Shown: one piece after another, positions 39,984-52,780 of the stretch
Position numbering within the stretch: the stretch's first letter is position 1
Layout of the letters: each line of letters starts with the position of its first letter
NCBI GenBank assembly: GCA_964016885.1
Contig: OZ024743.1
Location: 62,744,001-62,808,000, forward strand
Source: Eledone cirrhosa
Lineage: Eukaryota
Direction of reading: 5' to 3'
Length of the DNA: 64,000 nucleotides
Notes under the pieces: generated by a model
Told to the model about the DNA's origin: nothing
Database searches by the model: none
Seen by the model: only the letters and a program-made list of their open reading frames with translations
Program-made: the position numbers and the translations under genes

Positions 39984-41416
39984 TCATCATCACCGTTTAA
40001 TGTCTACCTTCCACGCTAGCATGGGTTAGATGGGTTGTCCTATTTGAGGCAGGTTGAGTCAGCTGACTGTATCCTGCTCATACAGAACTGTTTCTGGCTA
40101 GATTTCTACAGCTGGATGTCCTTACTAACGCCAACCACATTTACAGTGTGAGCTGGGTGCTTTTTGCCGTGACTCCTACATGACCAATTTATAGTGTGAG
40201 CTGGGTGCTTTTTGTTGTGATTCCGACATAACCAATTTACAGTGTGGGCTAGGTGCATTTTGTTGTGACTCCTACATGACCAATTTATAGTGTGAGCTGG
40301 GTGCTTTTTGTTGTGATTCCGACATAACCAATTTACAGTGTGGGCTAGGTGCATTTTGTTGTGACTCCTACATGACCAATTTATAGTGTGAGCTGGGTGC
40401 TTTTTGTTGTGATTCCTACATAACCAATTTACAGTGTGGGCTGGGTGCTTTTTGTTGTGACTCCTACATAACCAATTTACAGTGTGGGCTAGGTGCATTT
40501 TGTTGTGACTCCTACATGACCAATTTATAGTGTGAGCTGGGTGCTTTTTGTTGTGATTCCTACATAACCAATTTACAGTGTGGGCTAGGTGCATTTTGTT
40601 GTGATTCCTACATAACCAATTTACAGTGTGGGCTGGGTGCTTTTTGTGACTCCTACATAACCAATTTACAGTGTGGGCTGGGTGCTTTTTGTTGTGACTC
40701 CTACACGACTACTTTAGAGTGTGGGCTGGAGTGGGATTGGGGGTGTATAGGAGGGAGTATAGTGGTTAAGAGGTGCCTACAAGATGTGTGTTTAAGTCTG
40801 TACATGGGAAGGCATGTCTTCTGTATTACTGCATAACACCAAAGATCTCAATCTTTGAGAGGTGCAATTGCGCAAGGTCAGCTCTTATCACCTCGTCCCA
40901 GGTCTTCCTACTCCACAACTTCCATCAATTTTGATCACCCTGCACCTTTTTATACAACTGTCATCCTTCATATGCATCACATGACCAAACCAATGCAATC
41001 CCCTCTTTAGTATACCGCATCTGATCCCTCTTATACCTAATTTCTCTCTCAGTTTATTTACTCTTTGCTGTTCATGTATATTACTATTACAAATCTATTG
41101 GAGCATGCATGCTTCATTTCTTTTCAATCTTCTCAGTTCCTCTGCGCACAGTGCCCAGGTCTCACTACCATGCAACATTGCTGTTCACATACATCATCAT
41201 ACAGTCTTCCTTTCAATTCAAGGTAAAAACCTTTTGTAGCTAACAGTAGCATTAGCTCCCTGAACTTCTTCCATCCCGTTCTTACTCTGGCTACTATACT
41301 TTCGGAACACCCTCCTCCACTGTTGATTACATCACCCAAGTAACAGAAATTGTTGACTATCTCTATAGATCCGTTAAGGCATTAGGAGCTAGTATCCTGT
41401 GGGCACTTACTGCACC
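39984..41416 (-). mobile_element. RTE 3' fragment with expanded 3' UTR minisatellite
   Basis: FCYLGDVINSGGGCSESIVARVRTGWKKFREL; tail catcatcac at ~39985. Confidence 0.88.
40139..40728. repeat. 48-bp minisatellite, ~12 copies, partly dimeric (96-bp) higher order
   Basis: atttacagtgtgggctgggtgctttttgttgtgactcctacataacca unit at 40139, 40187, 40235, 40283 and onward. Confidence 0.95.
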
Positions 41417-42120
41417 TGAGCATGCATGCTCTGATGGATGTGTAATAGTAATATATATATATGAATGGCAAAGAGTAGATGAACTGAGAGAGAAATTAGG
41501 TATAAGAGGAATCAGATGCAGTATGCTAGAGAAGAGATTGTATTGGTATGGTCATGTGATGCATATGAAGGGCGACAGCTGTATAAAAAGGTCCAGGGCA
41601 TTATAAATTGATGTAAGCTATGGGGTACAAAGACCCAAGAAGACCTGGGACAAGGTGATAAAAGCTGACCTCCTGTAACTGAACCTCTCAAAGACAATGA
41701 CACAGAATCGAGCTCTTTGGCATTATGCAGTAATACAGAAGACATGCCTTCCCATGCACAGAGATTCAAACATACATCTAGTACGCACCTCTTAACCACT
41801 ATACCTTCACCTACCCACTCCTGTCCATACCACCCTTACACTGTTAGCAAAATATATCCAGCCCACACTGTAAAGTGGTCTTGTAGGTGTCATGACAAAA
41901 AGCACCCAGCCACACTAAAGTGGTCTTGTAGGTGTCATAACAAAAAGCACCTAGTACACACTGTAAGTGTGGTTGGCATTAGGAAGGGCATCCAGCTGTA
42001 AAAACCAAGCCAGAAACAGTTCTGTATGAGCAAGACACAATCACCTGACCCAGCTTGCCTCAAACGGGACAACCAAAGTCATGCTAGCATGGAAAATGGA
42101 CGTTCGATGATGATGATGAT
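41417..42120 (+). mobile_element. RTE 3' fragment, head-to-head with the preceding copy
   Basis: ELREKLGIRGIRC...WYGHVM; tail ggacgttc(gat)n. Confidence 0.85.
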
Positions 42121-42139
42121 ATATATATATGGAAGGAGG

Positions 42140-42880
42140 TGACATAGAACTAAGGTGATTGGTGATCCTGTGTCATCGCTTTTGAGAGATGCAATTATGC
42201 AAGCTCAGTTTTTATCACCTCATCCATAGCTGCCATCAACTTTGAGGGCTCAACACCCAGGTCTCACTACCATGTAACATTGCTGTTTGTATACATGCAT
42301 CGTACAATCTGCCCTTCATTTTAAGGAAAAAAAACTTTTGTAACTAGTAGCAGCAGTAGCTCTCTGAACTTTCTCCATCCCATTCTTACTCTGGCTACTG
42401 TACTTTCAGAACATCCTCCGCCACTGCTGATTCCATCACCTAGGTAACGGAAAGAGTCAACTATTTCTATAGTACTGTCCATAGAAATTTGATCGCCCAG
42501 ATAATAGAAGCTGTCCACAATGTTTGGAAATTGAATGGAGACAATGTAAGGTTTGAGAAGATTCTTGTCTGGCCTTGCATGTATGACAACCACTCTAGTG
42601 TTGGTGCCACAATTAAATGCAGCCAGTGAACCCTGTAAAGTGGTTGATGTTAGAAACTGTGCCAAATGTGAAATGTAACAAGCTAGATTAGTTGCACTGA
42701 CCCATCTGGTTTTGGACTGTGATACCAGAGTGGAAAAGGGATGTAAAACAGTAATAAGGTTAGTGATGATGCTGTTCATGCATCAGAAACAGCATCCATC
42801 CATAAAAATTCTGCTACAAATGCCTCATGCAACCCATGCCAGCATAGAAAAAGGGACATAAAATTGATGATGATGATATA
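42140..42880. mobile_element. RTE fragment (-) joined to an RTE-tailed non-autonomous repeat (+)
   Basis: 42140-42520 minus reads IVDSFRYLGDGISSGGG; 42520-42880 ends aacccatgccagcatagaaa...(gat)n; related unit at 49625-49918. Confidence 0.65.
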
Positions 42881-44239
42881 CACATGTTTGTATCCTGGTT
42901 TTAAAATGTGTGTAGTAAGATATGACTAAAAGGTTTGACACCAAGAAGGGCATCTGCCCATAAATCACTGGAAAGCAGCCATGGAAACAACAACCATGAT
43001 GACGATTGGAGCTTCTGTGTAGTTTTTGTCGTCCATCAAGTTAAATTTCACTGACAAATTATTGTCAACTAAAAGCTATGTGCAAGTTTCTTCAGTCTAC
43101 AGCCATGCCCAAACCAACATTTAGCCAACATTACACTTTAACTCTTAACAATCCTGTAATGATTTAGCAGAAAATATCTAAAAATGAGTTTATTAATTCA
43201 AATATTTATAGTATCTTCACTAGTGGAGAGATCATTTTGAAAATTTACTGTATTAGAGTAAAGACTTTAATCTTTAATGTGATGTAGTCATATGCTGTTT
43301 TATACTTTTCCAGAATGCTTTGCTAATGTAGTTTCAAGTGGTACAGGACATTAAGGGTTAAAGAATGTTGCAAATGTTAGTTGTCCCACCACATTTGAAA
43401 AAAAAAAATTCAAAAATTTTAAATAGAAACAAAAATAAGAAAACACACAAAATGAAAACAATCAAGTTTCTCTAACTTTTAACAATTTTTTTTTCATAAC
43501 TCCAGAAATAAAAAGGTGACCTGCTAGTCATACTGTTATTAGCACCATGACTTTTCCAAAGACCAAGCCTTTGGTTTTGTCTGTTCCATATTCTTAGAAA
43601 TAATTTAGTTCCGCTTCAAAGTAGCTAGAAGGTCATATAATATGAACAAATAAAAAGAGTTTTTTCTTAAATATCAGATGAAGAAGAAGTTGCAAGTGAG
43701 GTGTCAACTGCCTCAATTTATCAGCTATCCACAACACCACATACACCATGTATCCAGCAACAGATCTACTATGAAATTAATGAAGCTTAAACCTTTTCAT
43801 ACAAAACCACCCTTAGTTCTATGTTACAATAGTGTTTTACTGTGTTCATGTTTATCTAAAAACCTTCCATCATAATTTTATGTAAGAACCTTGGCTAAGT
43901 TTTGTTCCAAAGATCATCTTATTGAGAATATTAGTTGTACATATTAATTACTATTCTCTCTAAATTTGTTATTGTTTTCAGAACTTTTTAAAAATTCACT
44001 GGTAGTGTCTTTCATTAGAAATATGGTAATGAAAGGAGAATTAAGATTCAGGGCTCTTAATCCAAGAGGGGCCTCAACAGCAGTGCTAGTGTTGCTCTTG
44101 AGGTCCCTTCAGTTCAAGCTCCAGTGCTCCAAAAATAGGTCTGTCACTGCATTTGTCCAGTCAAGAACACCTATCACGCAATAACATACACCTCTCTTTC
44201 ATTGCTTGATTCAACAATAATTTATCATGTATTCTCTAC

Positions 44240-45061
44240 TCAGCAATATTTCTCTGTGATAACACTGTGAATGATTTTTGTGTTGTTTATCACCAAAGTC
44301 TCATTCCAAGAACCATCCTTTAGTTGTCTGTGTTTCACAAATGCGAAACTAGATAACAGTTTCTTACATGGTACGTGCACCCATTTATAAACTGGCAGTG
44401 GTGTCTCATCTTTATGTGAGTAACTGCTGGCTACACATATTTCTGGATCATAACCATTCATACAAAATTCAATGTTACATGGAGCATAAACCAATAAATG
44501 GTTGAACAGACGTTTCCGCAATGGAAAAAGTTTGTTTTTACGAAATATGAATGTCTTTCCATAAAGTGGAATTTCATCCCAAACATGAGTTTCATTCTCA
44601 ACAAAAAAAAACATATCAATGAAAGGCCACCGATGGTGATAGTTCAATAAGTTGTTCATTCTGGTATAGTAAAACTTCCACTGTCCAGATGGTGGGATAT
44701 CTAACTCATATGTTGGTGAATTTCTACTTAAAGCTTTCCGTATTAAGCCTTTCTGTGAACTATTCATCATGATGTCAATGTCGTCATCCCAAGGTATTAA
44801 CCCATGGTGTCGATATGACCCCAACAGACTTCCACTGTAGAGGAAATATGTCAAATTTGAGGCATCCATGGACTTCATAAATTCTTGTAGTGTCTTTAGC
44901 AACAAGCCACGCTCATGTAATGATATTCGGGCATAATACTGTTTATATGCAAAATCATCATGGTAGTAAAACATCACAGTTAGCAAGGTGGCCAGGACAA
45001 TGAGAAAAAGTAGAATCTTGCAAATATTTCGTCGGCTGAAGCCGACACGCCATACCGTCAT
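44240..45061 (-). CDS. LicD/fukutin/FKRP-family nucleotidyltransferase-fold type II membrane protein (273 aa)
   Basis: N-terminal TM ILLFLIVLATLLTVMFYY; LicD signature YFLYSGSLLGSYRHHGLIPWDDDIDI; WPFIDMFF; FPL...F...APCN. Acceptor (minus) tttttctttctttgcag with the exon starting at 45082; first ATG at 45061. Confidence 0.9.
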   Translation of the reverse strand: MTVWRVGFSRRNICKILLFLIVLATLLTVMFYYHDDFAYKQYYARISLHERGLLLKTLQEFMKSMDASNLTYFLYSGSLLGSYRHHGLIPWDDDIDIMMNSSQKGLIRKALSRNSPTYELDIPPSGQWKFYYTRMNNLLNYHHRWPFIDMFFFVENETHVWDEIPLYGKTFIFRKNKLFPLRKRLFNHLLVYAPCNIEFCMNGYDPEICVASSYSHKDETPLPVYKWVHVPCKKLLSSFAFVKHRQLKDGSWNETLVINNTKIIHSVITEKYC

Positions 45062-45457
45062 CACTGTCACTTTGAAATATTTCTGCAAAGAAAGAAAAAA
45101 AAATGTTAGTCATCATCATCATTTCACATCCAATTTCCCTGCTAACACAGCTTGGATAGATTATCACAGACCAAATCAGTACTTAGAGCTACCAGGGACC
45201 ACATCTTGCTTATAGTCTCACACTCCACCGAGTGTACTAGGTGCATTTTAACATAACATCAGCACTAGAGAAGTTGTCTTTGATAAAACTAATGAGTTCT
45301 CTTGACCATTTAGCAAGTTTTCTTTGGCTTCATACTCTTCTTACCTATACTTTATAGGTGCATTTAAGGCACCAGCATTAGTGAGGGTTTGTGTTCTGAC
45401 TTAAGAGTCCTCTCAATCCATTTCTAGGGCTGGAAAATTAAATGTTAATGAATGTAG

Positions 45458-47645
45458 TCTTGGGTCACGTCATCGATGCTGACGGAATTCGACCCCGGCC
45501 TGAGCGAGTTAAGATCATAGAGGATTTGCCTCCACCGACCTCACTACGTCAGTTACGCCAGTTCTTAGGTCTGGTTAACTTTTATAGGCGTTTCGTGCCA
45601 AATTGTGCAAAATTGCTTTTCTCCCTGACAGAAATTTTGAAAAATTGTCGGAGGAAGAACAAAGATATTTCTTTGACAGACACTCAACTTGCTGATTTTC
45701 AGCACGCCAAAACTGTTTTGGCTAATGCTTCATTACTGACTCACCCGGTACCCGGTGCAAAGCTAACGCTTTGTGTTGATGCATCGGATATCGCTGTGGG
45801 CGCAATACTACAGCAAAACATCAATGGTTACCAGCAACCGCTGGAGTTTTTTTCCAAAAAGCTAAATCCTGCTGAGACGTGCTACAGCACCTTTGGAAGA
45901 GAGCTTTTAGCCATCTATTTGGCCGTGAAACATTTTTCACATGTGCTAGAGGGTAGACAATTTACTATCCTCACTGACCATAAACCATTGACTTTTGCTT
46001 TGAGAGCGAAGGCTGATAAATACTCGCCCAGAGAGACGAGACACCTTGATTTCATCTCGCAATATACGAGTGATATCCAGCACATTCCGGGTTCACTAAA
46101 TACAGCGGCCGATGCTTTGTCCCGCTTACCCGTGACAGCGATCTCGTCACCCTCTGACATAGATCTGACTCGTTTGGCTGCGGATCAGCCTCCCCTTGAG
46201 TCACTGGATGTCACATCGCCCGAGTTTGCGAATTGCGAGATGAAATACTTGCCTCTGTCGACTGCAGTTGGCCAAATTCTCTGCGACGTCTCTTTGGACG
46301 TGCCTAGGCCCTTCGTTCCAGAGAATCATCGTCGGACCGTGTTTCTGGGATTACATTGTATCTCGCATCCAGGATCTTCTGCCACAGCAAAGCTCATATC
46401 AGCTAGATTTTTCTGGCCAAATATGAGGCGTGAAATTGCTGCTTGGTACCGTTCCTGCGTCGCTTGCCAGAGATCAAAGGTCCATCGACACGTCAAGGCT
46501 CCCCGTTTTTCACATATTCATATTGACATAGTGGGACCTTGGCCTGTCAGCGATGGTTTTTCTTATCTACTTACCGTCATTGACCGTTTTTCTTATCTAC
46601 TTACCGTCATTGACCGTTTTTCGAGATGGCCTGAGGCCATCCCCTTGAAAAACATCACCGCGGAGACAACAGCACGTGCTCTTGTGTCTGGATGGATCTC
46701 TCGTTATGGAGTTCCATCCACAATAACTACCGACCGTGGACGACAGTTCGAGTCGAGCCTTTTCCTCGAGCTGTCAAAATTAATTGGTGCTAAACGCATT
46801 AGAACTACGGCATACCATCCCGCTTCGAATGGTATGGTGGAGCGTTTTCACCGCCAACTGAAGGCCTCCTTAATGGCCTCAATGGACTCGGCGCATTGGA
46901 GCGAGTACCTCCCTATTGTGCTACTAGGGATTCGGTCAACGGTGAAGGTCGACTTTGGATTTTCACCGGCCGAAGTACTGTACGGTGCCCCTCTGACGTT
47001 GCCCGGGCAAATGCTTGCCCCTATCGATCTTGATGCCCAAGATCACGCTTCCTACGTGTCCCGTTTGCGCTCCTATTTCCAGGATTTGCCGCCAATGGAC
47101 ACTAGGAAACAAACTGTCAAGACTGCTGTCCCGAGGGATATTGCCTCGTGGACGCATGTCTTAGCGCGCTCGGCTAAGCATTTCACCTTAGATATTAAGG
47201 GGTCCAGGGAGACAGTTACATTAGACAGGCTTAAGCAGGCGCACCTTGACACGGACGCTGTGGTTCCTGATCCACGAACCCCTTCGTATTTGCCTGTTGA
47301 GCGAACGACTGTTCCTGAACCACCATCATCGCCTGTCCCTACACCACCACCATCGCCACGTTACAAGACCACGACCCGTTCAGGTCGTAGGGTCCACTGG
47401 CCCAAAAAATGTTGCAGCACCGTCTATATTTAGACTATGTTAGCTGCACCTTTTTTTTGCCTCTGTGTTTCTGCTTTTTCTTTGCCTTGTTTTTTTTATG
47501 CATGCATGGTTAGGAACGCCAGAAAGAAAAGACAGACAGCCACTGAAAAGCCGACTGAACACACGCCAGAAACCAGCCTCTGTACAACACCATTGTTTGT
47601 GCTACATCAAAAAATAAACGTATATTTCATCTCTAATTTCTGCTG
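45458..47645 (+). mobile_element. Ty3/Gypsy pol fragment (RT end, RNase H, integrase) with possible partial 3' LTR
   Basis: Open to 47433: [41 protein letters not shown] (LHCISH...CVAC), [23 protein letters not shown]. Then TGTTAG at 47438 and AATAAA at ~47613; no clear PPT. Confidence 0.92.
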
Positions 47646-48454
47646 TTGAAATAATTATTATGTCACTCATATCTCGATAACATCTACAACTAATACTGCT
47701 AAATGAATATTGATCTACATTAATATTAATCAGTTGCATTATCATCATCATTTTACTTCTGCAATCCATGCAGGTACGGGTTGGACAGGCCACAGTCTAA
47801 GACTAGACAGGTCAGAGAGACCTCATCTTCCTCATACGTTTCATATTTGGCATGGTTTCTATGGTTGGATACCCCTCCTAATGTCAACCACCATAAAGTG
47901 TACTGGGAGCAATGTTTTTAGATATCTTCTAATAAATCATTACAAGATATTAAGAATTAATGAGCTACATTAATATTAAACAACTTATGTTAATATTATA
48001 GTGTGCTATATCAATATTTATGAGATAGTGCTGCTGTTATTCTCACCATTAAAATCCCAAGGTCAACATTGCCTCATTTTGGAGGGTTAATTCTTCTCTC
48101 TTTCTATCTTACATTCTCTTTCTCTCAGTTACATGTTATTTCTCTCTCTTACATTCTCCCTTTCTTATATTCTTTCATTCTCTCTCTCTCTCTTTGCTCC
48201 TGTCTTTCATTCTCTCTATCTCTCTCCAAAAATAGATAAGGGTTGAGTGAGGGGTTAACAACTTATTGAAAAACTCATTTTTTGTTTGTTTTAGTCAGGG
48301 AGGAAAGGGCAGAGTATATGATCCTTTCAGGGCCTTCAAGGCTGGTGAGAGGCCTAGCCTGAATACTTGCAACAGAGTGGACTGACCATGTTAAAGGTAT
48401 TTAAGGGCCAGAGTGTGGTGTTAAACTGATCAACATATTATATCTACAAACTAA

Positions 48455-48800
48455 TCACCATCACCACCATCATTATCCTTTTATACTTGCTTGCATGGGT
48501 TGGATGGGTCTTTTCTAGCATAGTTTCTCTCCACTTGTTGCATTCCTTCATTATCTCTATGAGGTTCAGAGTTTTGATATCCACTTTCACCATTCCTGCT
48601 CATGTCTTCTACTGCAGCTTTCTTCCACTAGGAACTCCTGGCACTTCTTCACTCAACAATCATCATCCATACACATCATGTGCCCATACCAGTACAGTGT
48701 TCTCTCTTGCACACTACATCTGATTCTTCTTATACCCAGTTTTTCTTTCATCTCATCCATTCTTCGCTATTCATGGATGTTAACATTATGCATCTATCAA
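48455..48800 (-). mobile_element. Decayed RTE 3' fragment
   Basis: gcatgggttggatgg tail motif and ...LGIRRIRCSVQER..YWYGH remnant. Confidence 0.6.
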
Positions 48801-50719
48801 AACAATATTAATGAAATATCATTTCCACCATTAAAATTCCTCATCCTTAATCTTCTCATAATTATTCACTACATATATACACACACAAGTGTAGTGAATC
48901 TTAGGAAGCTGGTTGCTGTTTTCTATAGTTTGTCAACACCCTTTCCATTCTCAGTCATCCCTATTTCAGTGAGTGACAGTCAAATATATATATAAATAAA
49001 TAAATATACACACATTTGCTATTATCATAGTTGATGATTAAAAGGGTTGTTGATTGTCATAATCATTAAGGCATCGGATAACTGCATTATGGTATTTATT
49101 CTGGCCCCTTTTGTTCAAATCCTGCAGAGACCAACTTTACCTTACACCTTTCAAAGATTGATCAAATAAAGAACCACTCAAATGATTTAATTAGCTGATT
49201 CCACCCCAACCAAATGTCTGGCCTTGTGGTTATATTAGAAATAATTACTAATGGTGGTGGATAGCCAGAATCATTAACACAATGGAAAAAAATGTCTTGC
49301 TGCAGTATTTGCAGTTCTCTACATTCTGAGTTCAAATCTTACCATGGCCAACTTTACCTTTCATTCTTCTGGATTTGTGGAAATAAAGTACCAGCCATGT
49401 AGTGAGGGGCTGATATATCCCCTGCCCAATACCTAGCCTTGGACTGTTGGAAATCAAGATTATACTTAAATAAAGGAATGTTGGATAAACAGAATTTGTA
49501 AATAGAGAGATTGATCAAACAATGCCTTGTGGTATTTAGTTACATCCCGAGTCAAAAATGCTACAAAGGTAAACTTTGCCTTTCATCCTTCAGGATATGG
49601 GGTAGTGGGTGGGGAAATAAAATAATTACCAGTTATCTACAGCATTTGGCAATCGAATGGAGGCAATGTAGGGTTTGAGAAAACTCTTCAGTCTGGCTAA
49701 GCATAAGACAACCTGTCTAGTGCTGGTGCCACGATAAAATGCACCTAGTCCATTCTGTAAAGTAGTAGTGCTGATGCCATGAAAAACACATCCAGCTGTA
49801 GAAACCATGCCAAGTATGGAGTGTATGAGGAAGATGAGATTGCCCTGACCCATCTGATTTTGGACCATGACAACTTGTCCAACCCATGCCAGCAGGGAAA
49901 GCGGACAAAAACTGATGACACTGGAGTCAGTTTACTCTAGCACTAACCATGGCTAACTTTACTTTTCATTCTGTACACTTGCTACAAAATGTATTAGCAA
50001 AATGTATTACTACTAGTTATTATGATAGATAGACATGCTCACAAGGCCAAATGATAGTACTGAATGAGTTTGTGCATTACGTCCTATAATCTGCTCATGA
50101 AAGGTGAAATGTGTCCGAATATGGAAGAGCCGAACTCCCACCATCATCGCTCTTCCCCTCTCTCTGTATAGTGAGAAAATGGGGTCCCACGTGCTGGCCA
50201 CCCCACAGCTCCAGCAGACATAATGGAGAAGGCGTTTCCCCAGAGGATGGAAAGGGAGATGCGCTGGAAGAGCCATTCCATCTCGCGAGGCTCACACCTG
50301 TGGCTGTCCAGCTCAGTACCTATGGTGGTGAGTAGGGAGGTAGCCTAGGGCCAAGAACACCAGAAGTCTCCACTGCCAAGGCCATGACCACAAACCTGTT
50401 GGAGAGCAACCTGTACTTGGAGAGTTTGGCCTCCTCAGCCCAAAGTGCAGCAGAACTTGGGTTAGTCGCAGACTGCACCAGGTTGCTGCTGCAAGTATTA
50501 TCCCAGACAAGAGGTTTGCCACTGCGGTTGTCCTATTTTTGTTCCACATATGAAGCCTACATTCTCTTTCAACCTACTTTGATTCCATTACACCTCTTGT
50601 GCTTTCATATTGTGTACCTATATAGAACGTGTTCTCTGTATGTAATTTTTACCCACTCCATTTTTACATGTCAAGCATGACCATTTCCATGATAACAGCA
50701 GGGTCTAGCCTTCTTTTAT

Positions 50720-52004
50720 CATCATCATCATTGCTGCTTTCAATGCTTGTATGGGTTAAACGGGTTGTCAGATTCTGAGGCTAGATGGGTCACATGGCTA
50801 TGTCTTGATTATATATTCCCTTTTTAGCTTGGTTTCTATGGCTGGATGCTCTTCCCAATGCCAACTACTTTACAACATGTACTGGGAGCAGCATTTTATT
50901 ATGGAACCAGCACTCTTACTTTACAAAGTGGCTTGTATGCTTTTTTTTTATCATGGCACCAACATTGCCATTTCAAAGGGTGAGCTGGGTTTAGTTAGGT
51001 TACAACACTAGGGCACTTGTCATTTCCATGGCCAGGCTGAGGAAAGCAGTGATGGAAATGAAGGAGAGTCAGCTAATCATCATCATTGTTTAACGTCCAT
51101 CTTCCAATCTAGCATGGGTAGGACGGGCTGTTCCTTTGTGAGGGATCAGATCGGGGACTATGATTCACTCACACAGAACTGATTTTGGCTTGGTTTCTAC
51201 AGCTGGAAGCCCTTCCTAATGGCAACCACATTTACAGCGTGTGCTGGGTGCTTTTTGTCGTAACACCTACACAACCACTCGCTGCTAACTACAAAAAAGT
51301 TTTTCCTCAAAATAAAAGGCAGCTTGTATGAAGCTTGTGTATGAACAGCAATGCTGCATGGAAATGAGACCTGAGCACTGCAGAGGACTTACGAAGATTG
51401 TAAAGAAATGAAGCTTGCATGCCTCAATGGATTTGTAATAGTAATATATATGAACAACAAAGTATCAATGAACTGAGAGAGAAACTAGACCTAAAAGGGG
51501 TCAGATGCAGTGTGCGGGAGAGGAGATTGAAGTGGTATGGACATGTAAAAGACACTAGTGTGCACTAATCTTTTGCTCTTTACCCTTCTCCAATCTTAAT
51601 ACCCACCTCAACACCTAAATAACCCACACACCTCAGCCATGTCAAACCTGCATAGTCCCCCCCCCACCCCACATCGATACACCTCTCTTGCCAAACCACC
51701 AAAAATACAAAAAACAAAGTCCACCCCATATGGTAATCTGGTACTATAACAACAAAGTACCCAGTCCATCATACCTATAAGACGGTCATGATGGTGACTT
51801 GAAAAAACTCCCAGTCCACTTTATTAGATGGTCGATTTGGTGCCACGATAAAAGGTAGCATAAGGAAGAACATCCAGCTTTAGGAACCAAACCAAAATAC
51901 AGATCTGTATGAGCAAGACAGGGTCACCTGCCTGCCCTGAATTGTCGCATAATGTGACAACCTATCTAACCCATGCAAGCATGGAAAAAGATGTTAAAGA
52001 GTGA

Positions 52005-52051
<47 letters not shown>

Positions 52052-52780
52052 TTTATACATACATTTATACATACATATACACGACAACAAAAAAGCACCC
52101 AGTCCACCCTGTATGGTGGTCATGCTGGTGACATTACAAAAAGCACCCAATCCATTCAATTAGATAGTTGTGCTCATACCATGATGAAAACACACCAATT
52201 CCACCCTGTTAAATGGTTGTTCTGGTGCCACGCTGTAATGTGGTTGGCATTAGAAAGAGCATCCAGCCTTAGAAAGCAAGCCCAAAACAGAGCCATATGA
52301 GCAGGACCTGGTTACCTGACCTGACTTATCTCATAACATGACAACCCATCTAACTTATGCAAGTGTGGAAAACCAGATGTTAAATGATGATGATGACACA
52401 CACACTTATACAGGGTGTCGCCAAAAAAAGAATATACACTTCAACAGCATTCTAATAAATATAGCCTATACAGGTAATCAAAGTGTGTATACATTTTTGG
52501 GGGACACCCTGTATATGTACTGACACAGCACCATTATTTTAAATCTGCTTTTCCATGCCTGCATGGGTTAGATGAGTCCTTTCCAGCACAACCTCCTTCT
52601 GCTCATAGTGTTCCTTTGTCATCTCCTCTGTGAGGTTCAGCATTTTCAGATTAGTTCTAACTACTTCTGCTCAGGTTATCTTGGCCTTCCTCTACTGCAG
52701 CTTCTTCTCACTGACATCACCTGGCACTTCCTCACACAGCATTCATCAATCCATATGCATCATATAGCCATACCAGCCCT
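50720..52780. mobile_element. Cluster of old RTE 3' ends and RTE-tailed repeats in both orientations
   Basis: Repeated cccatgc(a/t)agcatggaa...gttaaa(gat)n tails and tagaaacca/catccagct motifs; 51300-51545 encodes GSLYEACV..AMLHGNET..ELREKL..WYGHV. Confidence 0.65.
52411..52511. mobile_element. Tc1/mariner-type MITE
   Basis: TA-cagggtgtc...gacaccctg-TA; same family as 4717-4794. Confidence 0.8.

Noticed and set aside
40139-40728. CRISPR-like regular array, and the 162-aa repeat ORF across it
   Set aside because: Head-to-tail 48-bp units with no unique spacers, no cas genes, and located inside a LINE 3' UTR.
45062-45088. N-terminal extension MQKYFKVTV of the LicD ORF in the ORF track
   Set aside because: Starts at a TTG overlapping the splice acceptor; the first ATG is at 45061. 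An upstream coding exon cannot be excluded.
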